Positions 17,915 to 25,347 of a stretch of DNA of 32,000 bases are shown piece by piece. The DNA comes from Candidatus Saccharimonadota bacterium. Its GTDB lineage: Bacteria > Patescibacteriota > Patescibacteriia > 2-12-FULL-60-25. A program made the translations under genes and the position numbers. Position 1 is the stretch's first letter. Each line of letters starts with the position of its first letter. The stretch lies in assembly GCA_963718585.1 (NCBI GenBank), contig OY970357.1:1-32000 (forward strand). The letters are read 5' to 3'. The notes beneath the pieces are model-generated. The model was not told the origin of the DNA. It saw nothing but the letters and a program-made list of their open reading frames with translations, and searched no databases.

Positions 17915-18091
17915 TTACTTCTTCCGCTTCGCGGGCTTGCGCTTCGCGGGCTTGCGCTTCGGAGCGGCCTTCCGTTTCGGAGCGGCCTTCCGCTTCGCGG
18001 GCTTGCGCTTCGGAGCGGCCTTCCGTTTCGGGGCGGCCTTCCGCTTCGCGGGCTTGCGCTTCGCAGCGGTCTTACGTTTTTTCATCGGCAT
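17915..18091 (-). CDS. Histone H1-like Lys/Ala/Pro-rich basic protein (58 aa)
   Basis: MPMKKRKTAAKRKPAKRKAAPKRKAAPKRKPAKRK... A strong SD (GGAGGGTGA) lies 9 nt upstream of ATG 18091. The longer ORF-track start at 18235 has no such signal. Confidence 0.7.
   Translation of the reverse strand: MPMKKRKTAAKRKPAKRKAAPKRKAAPKRKPAKRKAAPKRKAAPKRKPAKRKPAKRKK
17921..18075. repeat. Codon-level tandem repeats (15-18 nt subunits, 51-bp higher-order unit starting at 17987 and 18038)
   Basis: cttccgcttcgcgggcttgcgcttcggagcggccttccgtttcgg(a/g)gcggc is repeated and encodes PAKRK/AAPKRK units on the minus strand. Confidence 0.85.
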
Positions 18092-18184
18092 TGAAATCAC
18101 CCTCCTTTCTTTTTGTTCGTCCCGACAATTATCGAGATCGATGTCGCGACCTGCGTGCGACGCAAGGTCATCGAACATGACATG

Positions 18185-18210
18185 AGTATAACATACTTTT
18201 TGCGTGTCAA
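18185..18210 (-). promoter_or_regulatory. Candidate promoter for the histone-like gene (extended -10 TGTTATACT, TTGACA upstream with a short 14-nt spacer)
   Basis: The minus strand reads TTGACAcgcaaaaagtaTGtTATACT. Sequence pattern only. Confidence 0.3.
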
Positions 18211-18271
18211 GGATATTTTTTGTGCGTCTCAGCACATGTTGAACGTTCGTTTGGTCTGTACGGCGACACCC

Positions 18272-18300
18272 TTTACAAAACGGGTAAGGTGTGCTAGTCT
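18272..18300 (+). promoter_or_regulatory. Candidate promoter for the RRM gene (TTTACA-17-TAGTCT with TGc extension)
   Basis: tttacaaaacgggtaaggtgtgctagtct. It would give a ~125-nt 5' UTR. Sequence pattern only. Confidence 0.3.
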
Positions 18301-18430
18301 ATCTCCGGAGTGTACGTGCGAAGGTCCGTCGGTACGTCGCGTTCAACGCGGCTGACTCCGTTCTACGGAGTGGTCGAAGACAGGGTCCGTGCGCAAACGA
18401 CTTCCAGAATAATTCATTGTCAAAGTACGC

Positions 18431-18697
18431 ATGCCCAGTAAGCTCTTCGTCGGAGGCATCCCTTTCCGCATGACGGAAGATGAACTCCGCGACGCGTTTT
18501 CGCAGGCGGGTGAGGTGACCTCGGTTTACATTCCGATGGATCGCCAGACCGGCCGGCCGCGTGGTTTCGCTTTCGTCGAAATGACGGACGACGCCCAGGC
18601 CGAAGCCGCGATCGCCATGTACGACGGGAAAGATCTCGGTGGCCGCACGGTCGCCGTGAACAAGGCCCGTCCCATGGAGGACCGCCCCCAGCGCTAA
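18431..18697 (+). CDS. RNA-binding protein with a single RRM domain
   Basis: RNP-2 LFVGGI and RNP-1 RGFAFVEM motifs in an 88-aa protein. Confidence 0.9.
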   Translation: MPSKLFVGGIPFRMTEDELRDAFSQAGEVTSVYIPMDRQTGRPRGFAFVEMTDDAQAEAAIAMYDGKDLGGRTVAVNKARPMEDRPQR

Positions 18698-18707
18698 TAA
18701 GCGCAAT

Positions 18708-18738
18708 AAAAACATCCCCCTTTTGGGGGATGTTTTTT
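18708..18738. terminator. Bidirectional rho-independent terminator
   Basis: aaaaacatccccc tttt gggggatgttttt forms a 13-bp stem, flanked by an A-run and a T-run, between convergent genes. Confidence 0.85.
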
Positions 18739-18749
18739 ATAGAGATGAC

Positions 18750-18917
18750 TTACTGACCAAGGCAGGTGTCGCATTTGGCCGCTGAAGCCTCGACAACATT
18801 CCCGCACGTGCATGTGCAGGTCCCTTCCTTGCACTCCATGGAGGCATGGCACTTACTGCAATGGGGCTGGCCTTCTTGCAACGCCGCGCCGCACTGGGCA
18901 CATTTCATTTCTTCCAT
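18750..18917 (-). CDS. Small Cys-rich protein (55 aa, 11 Cys), putative metal-binding or zinc-ribbon-like
   Basis: MEEMKCAQCGAALQEGQPHCSKCHASMECKEGTCTCTCGNVVEASAAKCDTCLGQ. Start chosen at 18917, 11 nt after the stop of the upstream gene; the ORF-track start at 19016 overlaps that gene. Confidence 0.55.
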   Translation of the reverse strand: MEEMKCAQCGAALQEGQPHCSKCHASMECKEGTCTCTCGNVVEASAAKCDTCLGQ

Positions 18918-18928
18918 ATAGAGAAAGA

Positions 18929-19837
18929 TTAAGAATGAGGTAACGACAGGATATCGCCGGTGCTCTGTACAAGCAAACCATCTTTGACAAGCCGGGTGCA
19001 CATGGCGCGTATCCATTCGAGATCCGAGATCGGGTCGTAGTTCTCATCCACTGCGTGTCCGATCTGAGAGATGGTCCTCTTTCCCCGTGTGCGGATCAGT
19101 GCGAGGATCCGTCCGCGGTAGATCCGGTCCGGGGAGCTTTTTCCTTCATGGATGCGTTCGGTCTTGCTCGTCATTTTCCTTTTTCCGCGGTTCATGTTGA
19201 TGAGACCGTCTCCGAACTTTTTTCGCGCTTGGCAATCTGCGCGAAGCGGACACTGTGCGCAATCGGGCGTGCGTGGCGTGCATACCGCATTGGCCAGATC
19301 CATGAACGCCTGCGGCACGTCCCAATGGCGACGTCGGATCGGTGTGATCCGTTCGAGCGCTCGACCGATCCGTGGGTCGTCATTCGGTGTCGGATCCGGG
19401 ATCCCTCCTGCAAGCCGTCCGACGACGCGGCGGACATTCGTGTCAATGACGATCGCGCGTTGATGATCCACGAATTCGGCGAGGGCGCTCGCCATATACG
19501 GACCGACGCCTTTTAATCGGCGCCATGCTTCTACCCCCTTTGGGACGTCGCGTTTGATGACGTCGCGTGCCGCTTCCCGTGCATACAACGCGCGGCGGTT
19601 ATACCCGAGGCCGGCCCACGCATGGATCAGATCGCGGGTCGAAGCGTTGGCGAGCGATCGCCAGGACGGGAATCTGCGGAGCCAGGCGCGAAAGATCGGC
19701 AGGACGCGGTCCACCTGCGTCTGCTGGAGCATGAGTTCGGAGATGAAGATCCGATACGGGTTCCGCGTGCGACGCCAGGGGAGCATTCGTCCATGGGCGT
19801 CGTACCAGGCCAGGAGGCGCCGCGTCACGGCCTCCAT
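18929..19837 (-). CDS. mutY: HhH-GPD base-excision glycosylase, MutY/A-G-specific adenine glycosylase-like, with a 4Fe-4S cluster loop
   Basis: LPWRRTRNPYRIFISELMLQQTQV, GLGYNRRA, VDTNVRRV, and the Cys motif CTPRTPDCAQCPLRADC (C-x6-C-x2-C-x5-C). Confidence 0.8.
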   Translation of the reverse strand: MEAVTRRLLAWYDAHGRMLPWRRTRNPYRIFISELMLQQTQVDRVLPIFRAWLRRFPSWRSLANASTRDLIHAWAGLGYNRRALYAREAARDVIKRDVPKGVEAWRRLKGVGPYMASALAEFVDHQRAIVIDTNVRRVVGRLAGGIPDPTPNDDPRIGRALERITPIRRRHWDVPQAFMDLANAVCTPRTPDCAQCPLRADCQARKKFGDGLINMNRGKRKMTSKTERIHEGKSSPDRIYRGRILALIRTRGKRTISQIGHAVDENYDPISDLEWIRAMCTRLVKDGLLVQSTGDILSLPHS

Positions 19838-19841
19838 ATCT

Positions 19842-20549
19842 TTATTGTTCGAATGTCATGGTCCCGAGCGTATCGAGGACCGTCGAATCTTTTGAAGAAC
19901 CATCTGGCTCCTTTGCCCAGATCAGATGGGTCGGATCTCCATTCCGGACCGAGAGGATGTAGACGTCTTTCGTCTCTCCGGCAAGATGTCCTTTGACGCC
20001 CATCAAGAGCCGGTCACCGACGACATAGGCGACAGGAGTGGATGTCGTGAGCTGCATGCGCATCGCGGCTTCGGTCGATGTGTCGTACGGGATGATCGAC
20101 AACCATCGCGTATCCGTCAGGGCGTCTCCGGAACCGTTCGAGAGCGTAAGCGCTTCTGCATCGTTGTTCTCGACCGTGGCATCCCCGGGATATTTCAATG
20201 CGATCCCGAGCGGCAGGTCGACGGTCTCCTTCCACGATCGAAGGACCGTGGGTTTTGGCGGCACGAGCGTCGGAGATCGTGACATGAGTGTCCGTTCGCT
20301 CTGCAGGTCTTTGATGATGCTCTGCGCTTTTGCGATCTGGACGTTCGCGGTCTCCAGTTTATGGTTCGCATCCCGGATCGTCTGATCGGCATTCGCTTTC
20401 ACTTCCTGGCTCGTTTGGACGGCGTCAGCCGCCTGTTTTGCCAGCTGTTCCCGATCTGTATTCGCTTTTTGCAGGAAGATCCCCATGCCGATCGCGACAG
20501 CGAGGCCTCCCAGAAGGATCGAAGAGAAGATGGGAACGAGTCGTCGCAT
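19842..20549 (-). CDS. Membrane-anchored hypothetical protein with a coiled-coil-like segment
   Basis: 235-codon ORF with an N-terminal TM helix (IFSSILLGGLAVAIGMGIFL), followed by a Q/A/K-rich helix-like stretch. It lies 4 nt upstream of the glycosylase gene. Confidence 0.65.
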   Translation of the reverse strand: MRRLVPIFSSILLGGLAVAIGMGIFLQKANTDREQLAKQAADAVQTSQEVKANADQTIRDANHKLETANVQIAKAQSIIKDLQSERTLMSRSPTLVPPKPTVLRSWKETVDLPLGIALKYPGDATVENNDAEALTLSNGSGDALTDTRWLSIIPYDTSTEAAMRMQLTTSTPVAYVVGDRLLMGVKGHLAGETKDVYILSVRNGDPTHLIWAKEPDGSSKDSTVLDTLGTMTFEQ

Positions 20550-20573
20550 ATCGTGCTTGAGTGTACCTGCCGG

Positions 20574-21137
20574 TCAGCGGCTATTCAACCAGCCCTGAAG
20601 ACGGGCTTTGCTTTCGGGATCGGAGGCCATCCGGAGGATCTCCAGCATCACATTCGGCTGACGGAGTTCGCGTGTGAGGCAATGCTCGACGAGTTCTTCC
20701 CAAGAGACCGTCATCGTCTCGATGCGTTCACCGCTGTCGTGATGTGTTCCGTGTCCATCGGTCAGGTCCGTCGCAAGGAAGATGAAGGATTCGTAACGGT
20801 TGATCCCGGTCGAGGGATAGCGCCCCCAGAGGAGATGTCTTCCGGCCTGGTAGCCGGTCTCTTCTTGGAGCTCGCGAATGGCTCCGGTCGCGGGATCTTC
20901 ACCCGTGTCGATCCGTCCACCCGGAACGTCGATGAATGGAGTGCGATGCGGTTGCTCTTGTCGCGTCAGGAGAACGGTCTTGGGATCAAGGAATGCGATC
21001 ACAGCTGCGGTATCCGGACGGATCACGCATTCGAACGTCTCCGTTGTCCCATCGTACATGGATTGTTCCCATTGCCAGAGGTCCAGGATCTTTCCGTGGA
21101 AGGCGCGAGTTGCATGCTCTGGCGGTGGGATGGGCAT
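20574..21137 (-). CDS. NUDIX hydrolase
   Basis: Nudix box GGRIDTGEDPATGAIRELQEETGY. Confidence 0.85.
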   Translation of the reverse strand: MPIPPPEHATRAFHGKILDLWQWEQSMYDGTTETFECVIRPDTAAVIAFLDPKTVLLTRQEQPHRTPFIDVPGGRIDTGEDPATGAIRELQEETGYQAGRHLLWGRYPSTGINRYESFIFLATDLTDGHGTHHDSGERIETMTVSWEELVEHCLTRELRQPNVMLEILRMASDPESKARLQGWLNSR

Positions 21138-21140
21138 AGG

Positions 21141-22634
21141 TCACTCATCTTGCAGGAGCCGTCTTGCCTCTGCAAGCGCCTCATCATAGGTGCGGATGTC
21201 TCCCGCATCCCGCATCGTCTCGATCCGTTCGATGATCTCTCCGATCCGAGGGCCAGCCGGCAGACCGAGGGCGATGAGGTCGCGTCCTTGGAGCAATGTC
21301 CGCGTGGGTTCTTCCGCGAGGTCCAGATCATGTACGGTCTGGGCAAAACGTTCTCCGGCGACGTACGGTCCCTCTTCCGCGCCAGGGAAAGCGCGACCGC
21401 GATGGTCGGCTTCTGCGACCGCGATGAGCACGCGCCACGAGACCGGGGCGATCCGTTTGAGGAGTCGCCGGATCGCGTTCTCATACTGCGCATCCGTCAG
21501 CTCTTTGCGTTCCAGGGATCGATACAGCATGGACGGCTTCAGGTGCTCGGTCGCCGCGACAACGGCTGCGTGCGTTGCACGTTCGCCGAATGTCCATCTT
21601 CCGAGCAGATCTTCCGTCAGCTCTTTCCCCGCCTCTTCGTGACCGTGGGATCGGATACGGCCACCCATGCCTTTTGTCGTCTTGGGTTTGCCGAGGTCGT
21701 GACACAAAGCACCGAGCATGATCCGAAGAGGCTCGCCGGATCCGAGATCCGCGCGTGATCTGCTGATGGACGCTGCTGCATTCAGGACCATGAGGGTGTG
21801 TGTCCAGACGTCACCTTCAGGATGCCATTCAGGCTCCTGCGGCGTACCGATGAGGGCGTGGAGTTCGGGGAGATCTCGTTCCACGATCCCGAGATCTTTG
21901 AGAAGCGTGAGGCCGAGGGAGGGTTGTTCTGCCTTCAGGAACAATTTACGGAGTTCCTCCGTGATCCGTTCGGCCGGAAGTTCATCGAGCGCACCCTGTG
22001 CGACCATTTTTTTCATGAGCGTGAACGTCTTCGCTTCCACGCCGAGTGTGAAGCGTGCGGCGAACTGGACCGCGCGATAGACCCGAAGCGGGTCTTCGAC
22101 GAACGTCTTTGGATCGACGGCGCGCAAGAGCTTCACGTCGAGGTCAGCGACCCCACCGTAGGGGTCGGTGATCTCTCCGGTGGCGCCGTCTGCGTAGATC
22201 GCGTTGATCGTGAAGTCCCGTCGTCGCGCTGCCTCCACGACCGTCATGCCGGGGTCACCTTCGACCGTGAAGCCGCGATGCCCGGGGGCGGTCTTGGATT
22301 CACGCCGGGGGATGGAGACATCGATCTCTGCATCATCTGCCAGGGGAATGAGGAGAATGCCAAAGGCACGACCGACCGTGTTGACCCGTTCGGGAAAGAG
22401 ATCGGTGAGCACGCTTTCAAGTCGTTCCGGCGCGACGCCGAAGACCTCGAGATCCAGGTCCGCGGAGCGGCGCTTCAATAGCGCGTCGCGGACGCAGCCG
22501 CCCACCAAAAAGACCCGCGGTTCATTGGTGAACCGATGATCGGCAGGGATCCGGTTGATCGCATCTGTGATGCGTCTCAATCCTTCCTCCAGGCGTGGGT
22601 CAAACAGACGGAAATCGATCCGTTCAGCGGACAT
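21141..22634 (-). CDS. cca: CCA-adding enzyme / tRNA nucleotidyltransferase with an HD domain
   Basis: N-terminal FLVGGCVRDALLKRRSADLDLEV (polymerase beta-type head), RDFTINA, and a C-terminal HD motif CHDLGKP. Confidence 0.85.
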   Translation of the reverse strand: MSAERIDFRLFDPRLEEGLRRITDAINRIPADHRFTNEPRVFLVGGCVRDALLKRRSADLDLEVFGVAPERLESVLTDLFPERVNTVGRAFGILLIPLADDAEIDVSIPRRESKTAPGHRGFTVEGDPGMTVVEAARRRDFTINAIYADGATGEITDPYGGVADLDVKLLRAVDPKTFVEDPLRVYRAVQFAARFTLGVEAKTFTLMKKMVAQGALDELPAERITEELRKLFLKAEQPSLGLTLLKDLGIVERDLPELHALIGTPQEPEWHPEGDVWTHTLMVLNAAASISRSRADLGSGEPLRIMLGALCHDLGKPKTTKGMGGRIRSHGHEEAGKELTEDLLGRWTFGERATHAAVVAATEHLKPSMLYRSLERKELTDAQYENAIRRLLKRIAPVSWRVLIAVAEADHRGRAFPGAEEGPYVAGERFAQTVHDLDLAEEPTRTLLQGRDLIALGLPAGPRIGEIIERIETMRDAGDIRTYDEALAEARRLLQDE

Positions 22635-22685
22635 GGGGACAGTGTATCAAGGCCGCGGACCCCCGGCCATGTATGAAAAACCCCG

Positions 22686-22714
22686 ACATCGAGAGACGTC
22701 GGGGAGTGGATCAG
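22686..22714 (-). terminator. Rho-independent terminator downstream of tRNA-Cys
   Basis: The minus strand reads ccccgac gtctctcgat gtcgggg ttttt. Confidence 0.7.
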
Positions 22715-22760
22715 CCGGTATTTTTCGCGCATCCGCACGAACGGGACCGGTGGCCCGTTG

Positions 22761-22831
22761 AGACCAGAGCAGGACTCGAACCTGCGATGGCGGTGTTGCA
22801 GACCGCTGCCTTGCCGCTTGGCGATCTGGTC
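22761..22831 (-). tRNA. tRNA-Cys (GCA), CCA not encoded
   Basis: Hand-folded cloverleaf: acceptor GACCAGA/TCTGGTC, anticodon arm GCGGT-CTGCAAC-ACCGC, T arm GCAGG-TTCGAGT-CCTGC, discriminator U. Confidence 0.9.
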
Positions 22832-23253
22832 ACCTCTCTGTCGGACCGGTGCGTGCTTTTGCGCGAACCGGTCCGGCCGAGAGCGAGGCTCTGCTTCCTC
22901 TTGGCTCACCACTTCGATGGCAGAGGCAGGTGACGCCTCTTGTGTTGGTTGGTGAATGATCAGGGTCTCACGCCAGCCTCCGTTCTTTCCGTGTGGATCT
23001 TTGTTTGGGGAACGAGATGTTCGTCATGAACGTCTCGTCTCTCACGAGCGGCGAAATTCCACCGCGCCAGAGAGAGAGGCGTTCCAAGATCGGTGTTGGA
23101 AAGGGGATGGTCCCTCCCCTCAGTCGGTCCGACAAGCTGGATCGACTCAAGGCAGAGGCCATGCGTTCATCACTCTTTCCTCTGGTGACGAACCCCTAAA
23201 AGGTTCTGTTTCGTTGCCGATCCGTCTGACAAGCTTGGACGTTTTTGGCAACG
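22832..23253 (-). ncRNA. Candidate structured ncRNA or unusually long leader co-transcribed with tRNA-Cys (family not recognised)
   Basis: About 420 nt with no convincing ORF, lying between a near-consensus promoter and the tRNA. It has many stable hairpins (for example cgaga-t-gttc-gtcat-gaac-g-tctcg, agggga-gggacca-tcccct, ggaccggt...accggtcc) and repeated AGAGGA/AAGAGG purine motifs. Confidence 0.35.
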
Positions 23254-23259
23254 ATGTTC

Positions 23260-23288
23260 GGTATAACATAGGCTGAAAAAAGTGTCAA
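23260..23288 (-). promoter_or_regulatory. Sigma70-type promoter (TTGACA-17-TATACC with TGt extension) reading toward tRNA-Cys
   Basis: The minus strand reads TTGACActtttttcagcctaTGtTATACC. The -35 is at 23283-23288 and the -10 at 23260-23265. Confidence 0.5.
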
Positions 23289-23408
23289 GTATTGACTATA
23301 CAAACTTATGGAAGTGGAGAAAAGCTCCTCTTTTTTGCATGTATTCTTAAATAAATGATGGCTGACGGAAGGCTCGCGAACGCAAAGTGCGCCATGTCAA
23401 TCATAGGC

Positions 23409-23437
23409 TTGACATATTCCGAAAAAGCTGGTACCTT
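23409..23437 (+). promoter_or_regulatory. Sigma70-type promoter (TTGACA-17-TACCTT with TGg extension)
   Basis: ttgacatattccgaaaaagctggtacctt. The -35 is at 23409-23414 and the -10 at 23432-23437. Confidence 0.45.
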
Positions 23438-23443
23438 CCAGAT

Positions 23444-23914
23444 GCAATCTCGCGCTTGTGTGAGAGGCCGGACAGCCGGTGGGCTGCTCGCGTTCTTTCG
23501 ACCGCCAAGGTCCCCCAGCTGTCCGCAACCCCTGTCAAAAAAACAGATGAGGTAAGGACATGCAGTATCGGGAAACGGCCCCCTGCACACATTCGAGTTC
23601 GCGCTTGATCCACGACGAGGATATCTCGTTCAGGATCTGCCGCGACTCTGTCCGCTGCGAACGCAGCGGCTGTGATCACTCCGGACAGCGATGTTCGTGA
23701 GTCAGGGGAGCGGTTCAATGGGAACGCGCCAAATGACGAAAAACAGCAGCGCGACCTCTTGTGCAGCTACAGCCACCACCGATCCCGCAAGCCCCCTCGG
23801 GCGACCGAAGGAGAGCTAAGATGGGCGGATATAGCGGATTCTAGTCCAGCAACACGTGCGTCAGCACGGTTCGTGCCGGTCCTCGGGAGATCTTCTCTCA
23901 GGACCGGTTTTTTT
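23444..23914 (+). ncRNA. Candidate ~470-nt ncRNA bounded by a promoter and a strong terminator (family not recognised)
   Basis: No protein-like ORF. Extended hairpins are present (gagttcgcg-cttgatcc-acgacgagg...ctcgt-tcaggatc-tgc-cgcgactc at ~23598-23652; ctgtccg[ccgctgcgaacgcagcgg]...cggacag). The 3' end is a canonical intrinsic terminator. Confidence 0.4.
23876..23914 (+). terminator. Rho-independent terminator (T-run overlaps the stop codon of the convergent TrmB gene)
   Basis: ccggtcct cgggagatcttctctc aggaccgg ttttttt. Confidence 0.8.
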
Positions 23915-24662
23915 ATGCCTTCCGGTACTTTTCCGCGCCCTGATAGGCGAGCTTGAAGAGCTCTTTCATGCTCTGCGCGAGGATCTCGCTCTCAATGAGG
24001 ACGGAGATGTTCTTTCCCTGGAATGTCGTGAGGGCGACCCGATTCGCATACACCGTCACGTTCCCGAAGAAGGCGAATTCAGCCATGGGGAGCTGGATCA
24101 ACTTCGCGTGTTCACGTGATTTGAGATGTTTGCTCGAAAGGACGAGTGCTTCATGGACGGTCTTTTGCTTGTCGAGCTGCGTCGCGTAACTCATCAGTTC
24201 GTCGCGGGCGAATGTCGAGAACATCGCATCTTCGTTGTTCAGCTCATAGATGATGTCCGGATCCGCCTTCAGGATGTCGTCATGGATCGCTTTCAATCCC
24301 TCTTTCCCTTCAAAAAGACGGACGACCGGACGGTCGCCGCGCTGGACGAGCTTCAATTCGTTGATCGCGCTTTGCACCTCGCGGAGTGTGTTCTCCATCT
24401 CTTTCATCTTGGTATGCATGAAGGAGACGAGCCGATCCGGGGATTCAGCGGCGTACAGGGTCTTCTTCCCCTTTTCCACTGAGCTCATGAGCCCGTGTTT
24501 TGCGAGGGACTCGATGACCGCATACGTGGTCACGCGTGAGACCTTGGCTTTTTTGGCGATGTCTTGCACGGACGAAGGTCCGAGCTCCAGCGATAACAGG
24601 TAGATCTTGGCCTCACTGTCCGTGAATCCGAGGGATTTGAGAAGGGTATTCCACTGCATCAT
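23913..24662 (-). CDS. TrmB-family transcriptional regulator (N-terminal winged HTH)
   Basis: LGFTDSEAKIYLLSLELGPSSVQDIAKKAKVSRVTTYAVIESLAKHGLM is typical of the TrmB HTH, followed by a TrmB-like C-terminal domain. Confidence 0.8.
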   Translation of the reverse strand: MMQWNTLLKSLGFTDSEAKIYLLSLELGPSSVQDIAKKAKVSRVTTYAVIESLAKHGLMSSVEKGKKTLYAAESPDRLVSFMHTKMKEMENTLREVQSAINELKLVQRGDRPVVRLFEGKEGLKAIHDDILKADPDIIYELNNEDAMFSTFARDELMSYATQLDKQKTVHEALVLSSKHLKSREHAKLIQLPMAEFAFFGNVTVYANRVALTTFQGKNISVLIESEILAQSMKELFKLAYQGAEKYRKA

Positions 24663-24716
24663 ATGGCCGTAGTGTACACGGTTTGCTTGACTTGGCGAAG
24701 GTAGAAAAAAGCCCCG

Positions 24717-25175
24717 TCAAAATTTTGGCGAGGCGAGGAAGATGATCCGCGGTTGCAGCGGACTTTCGAGGAAGGTGAGCCGGAGTGACCATGGCCGCTC
24801 GACCGTGGGAAAACGCAACGCGTGGATGGTGAGTGTGACGGTCGATCCGTCTTCGCTTTCGAGGTGATCGAGCGAGGTGGTGATCTGCTCCTCATCCGGA
24901 GGGAGCGGTACAGCGACCTTGGGAGCGCCGATCCCGGCGAGCGTCGCCATTGGCGGTCGTGGTATGCGGTTCAAGAGCGGCCGGAAGAAGATCACGGAGA
25001 GCGGGGGTCGCTGCCATGTATCCAAAGCGACGAATTTGGTCGTCGGGTTGATCTGGATCATGTAGACGCCGGAGTGACGGCCGCTCATCAAGCGGTAAGT
25101 CCCACGGGTGCCGATCGAGACCCAGAGCCGGGTCATCACGAGTTTTGGATCGAGCGATTTGGCTGAAAAGGTCAT
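24717..25175 (-). CDS. Hypothetical protein
   Basis: 152-codon ORF with a strong SD (AAGGAGGG) just upstream of ATG 25175. The opposite-strand ORF 24822..25166 looks like an antisense artefact. Confidence 0.6.
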   Translation of the reverse strand: MTFSAKSLDPKLVMTRLWVSIGTRGTYRLMSGRHSGVYMIQINPTTKFVALDTWQRPPLSVIFFRPLLNRIPRPPMATLAGIGAPKVAVPLPPDEEQITTSLDHLESEDGSTVTLTIHALRFPTVERPWSLRLTFLESPLQPRIIFLASPKF

Positions 25176-25266
25176 AACCCTCCTTGGGATATAGCTAACA
25201 AGGTCTCGATCATTTCGTCAACGGTTGACGATGCACGTGTCTTCAACTATGCTCTTCCTGCTTTTT

Positions 25267-25342
25267 GGGCCCTTAGCTTAGTTGGTAGAGCGCCGCGTTT
25301 GCAACGCGGAGGTCATCGGTTCGAATCCGATAGGGTCCACCA
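25267..25342 (+). tRNA. tRNA-Ala (UGC), CCA encoded
   Basis: Acceptor GGGCCCT/AGGGTCC with G3:U70, anticodon arm CCGCG-TTTGCAA-CGCGG, T arm ATCGG-TTCGAAT-CCGAT, ACCA end. Confidence 0.95.
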
Positions 25343-25347
25343 TACGA

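Noticed and set aside
20361-21758. 465-aa + strand ORF.
   Set aside because: It runs antisense to the NUDIX hydrolase and CCA-adding enzyme genes, which carry clear family motifs. Its own translation has no recognisable features.
22956-23276. ORFs in the non-coding gap: 22956..23276 + (106 aa), 22968..23162 - (64 aa, with a weak GGAAAGAG 11 nt upstream), 23306..23590 -, 23401..23718 -, 23672..23956 +.
   Set aside because: The translations are Arg/Ser/Pro-rich and not protein-like, the ORFs overlap each other in several frames, and codon usage looks atypical. The 64-aa ORF cannot be strictly excluded as a small protein.
23292-23340. A second TTGACT on the + strand (23292-23297) and a small hairpin ggag-aaaag-ctcc followed by a T-run (23316-23337), considered as an additional promoter and terminator.
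   Set aside because: No acceptable -10 lies at the right spacing, and the stem is only 4 bp. The evidence is too weak to call.
22832-23914. Identification of the two ncRNA candidates as RNase P RNA, tmRNA, SRP RNA, or a TPP or cobalamin riboswitch.
   Set aside because: Only fragmentary matches were found. GAGGAAAG occurs but sits in a hairpin loop with no complementary P4 strand. GGAAGCAG occurs but the flanks do not fold into the SRP helix-8 hairpin. GTGAGA...CCTGATC occurs without the rest of the TPP core. There is no T arm or ACCA end. These cannot be called by eye.
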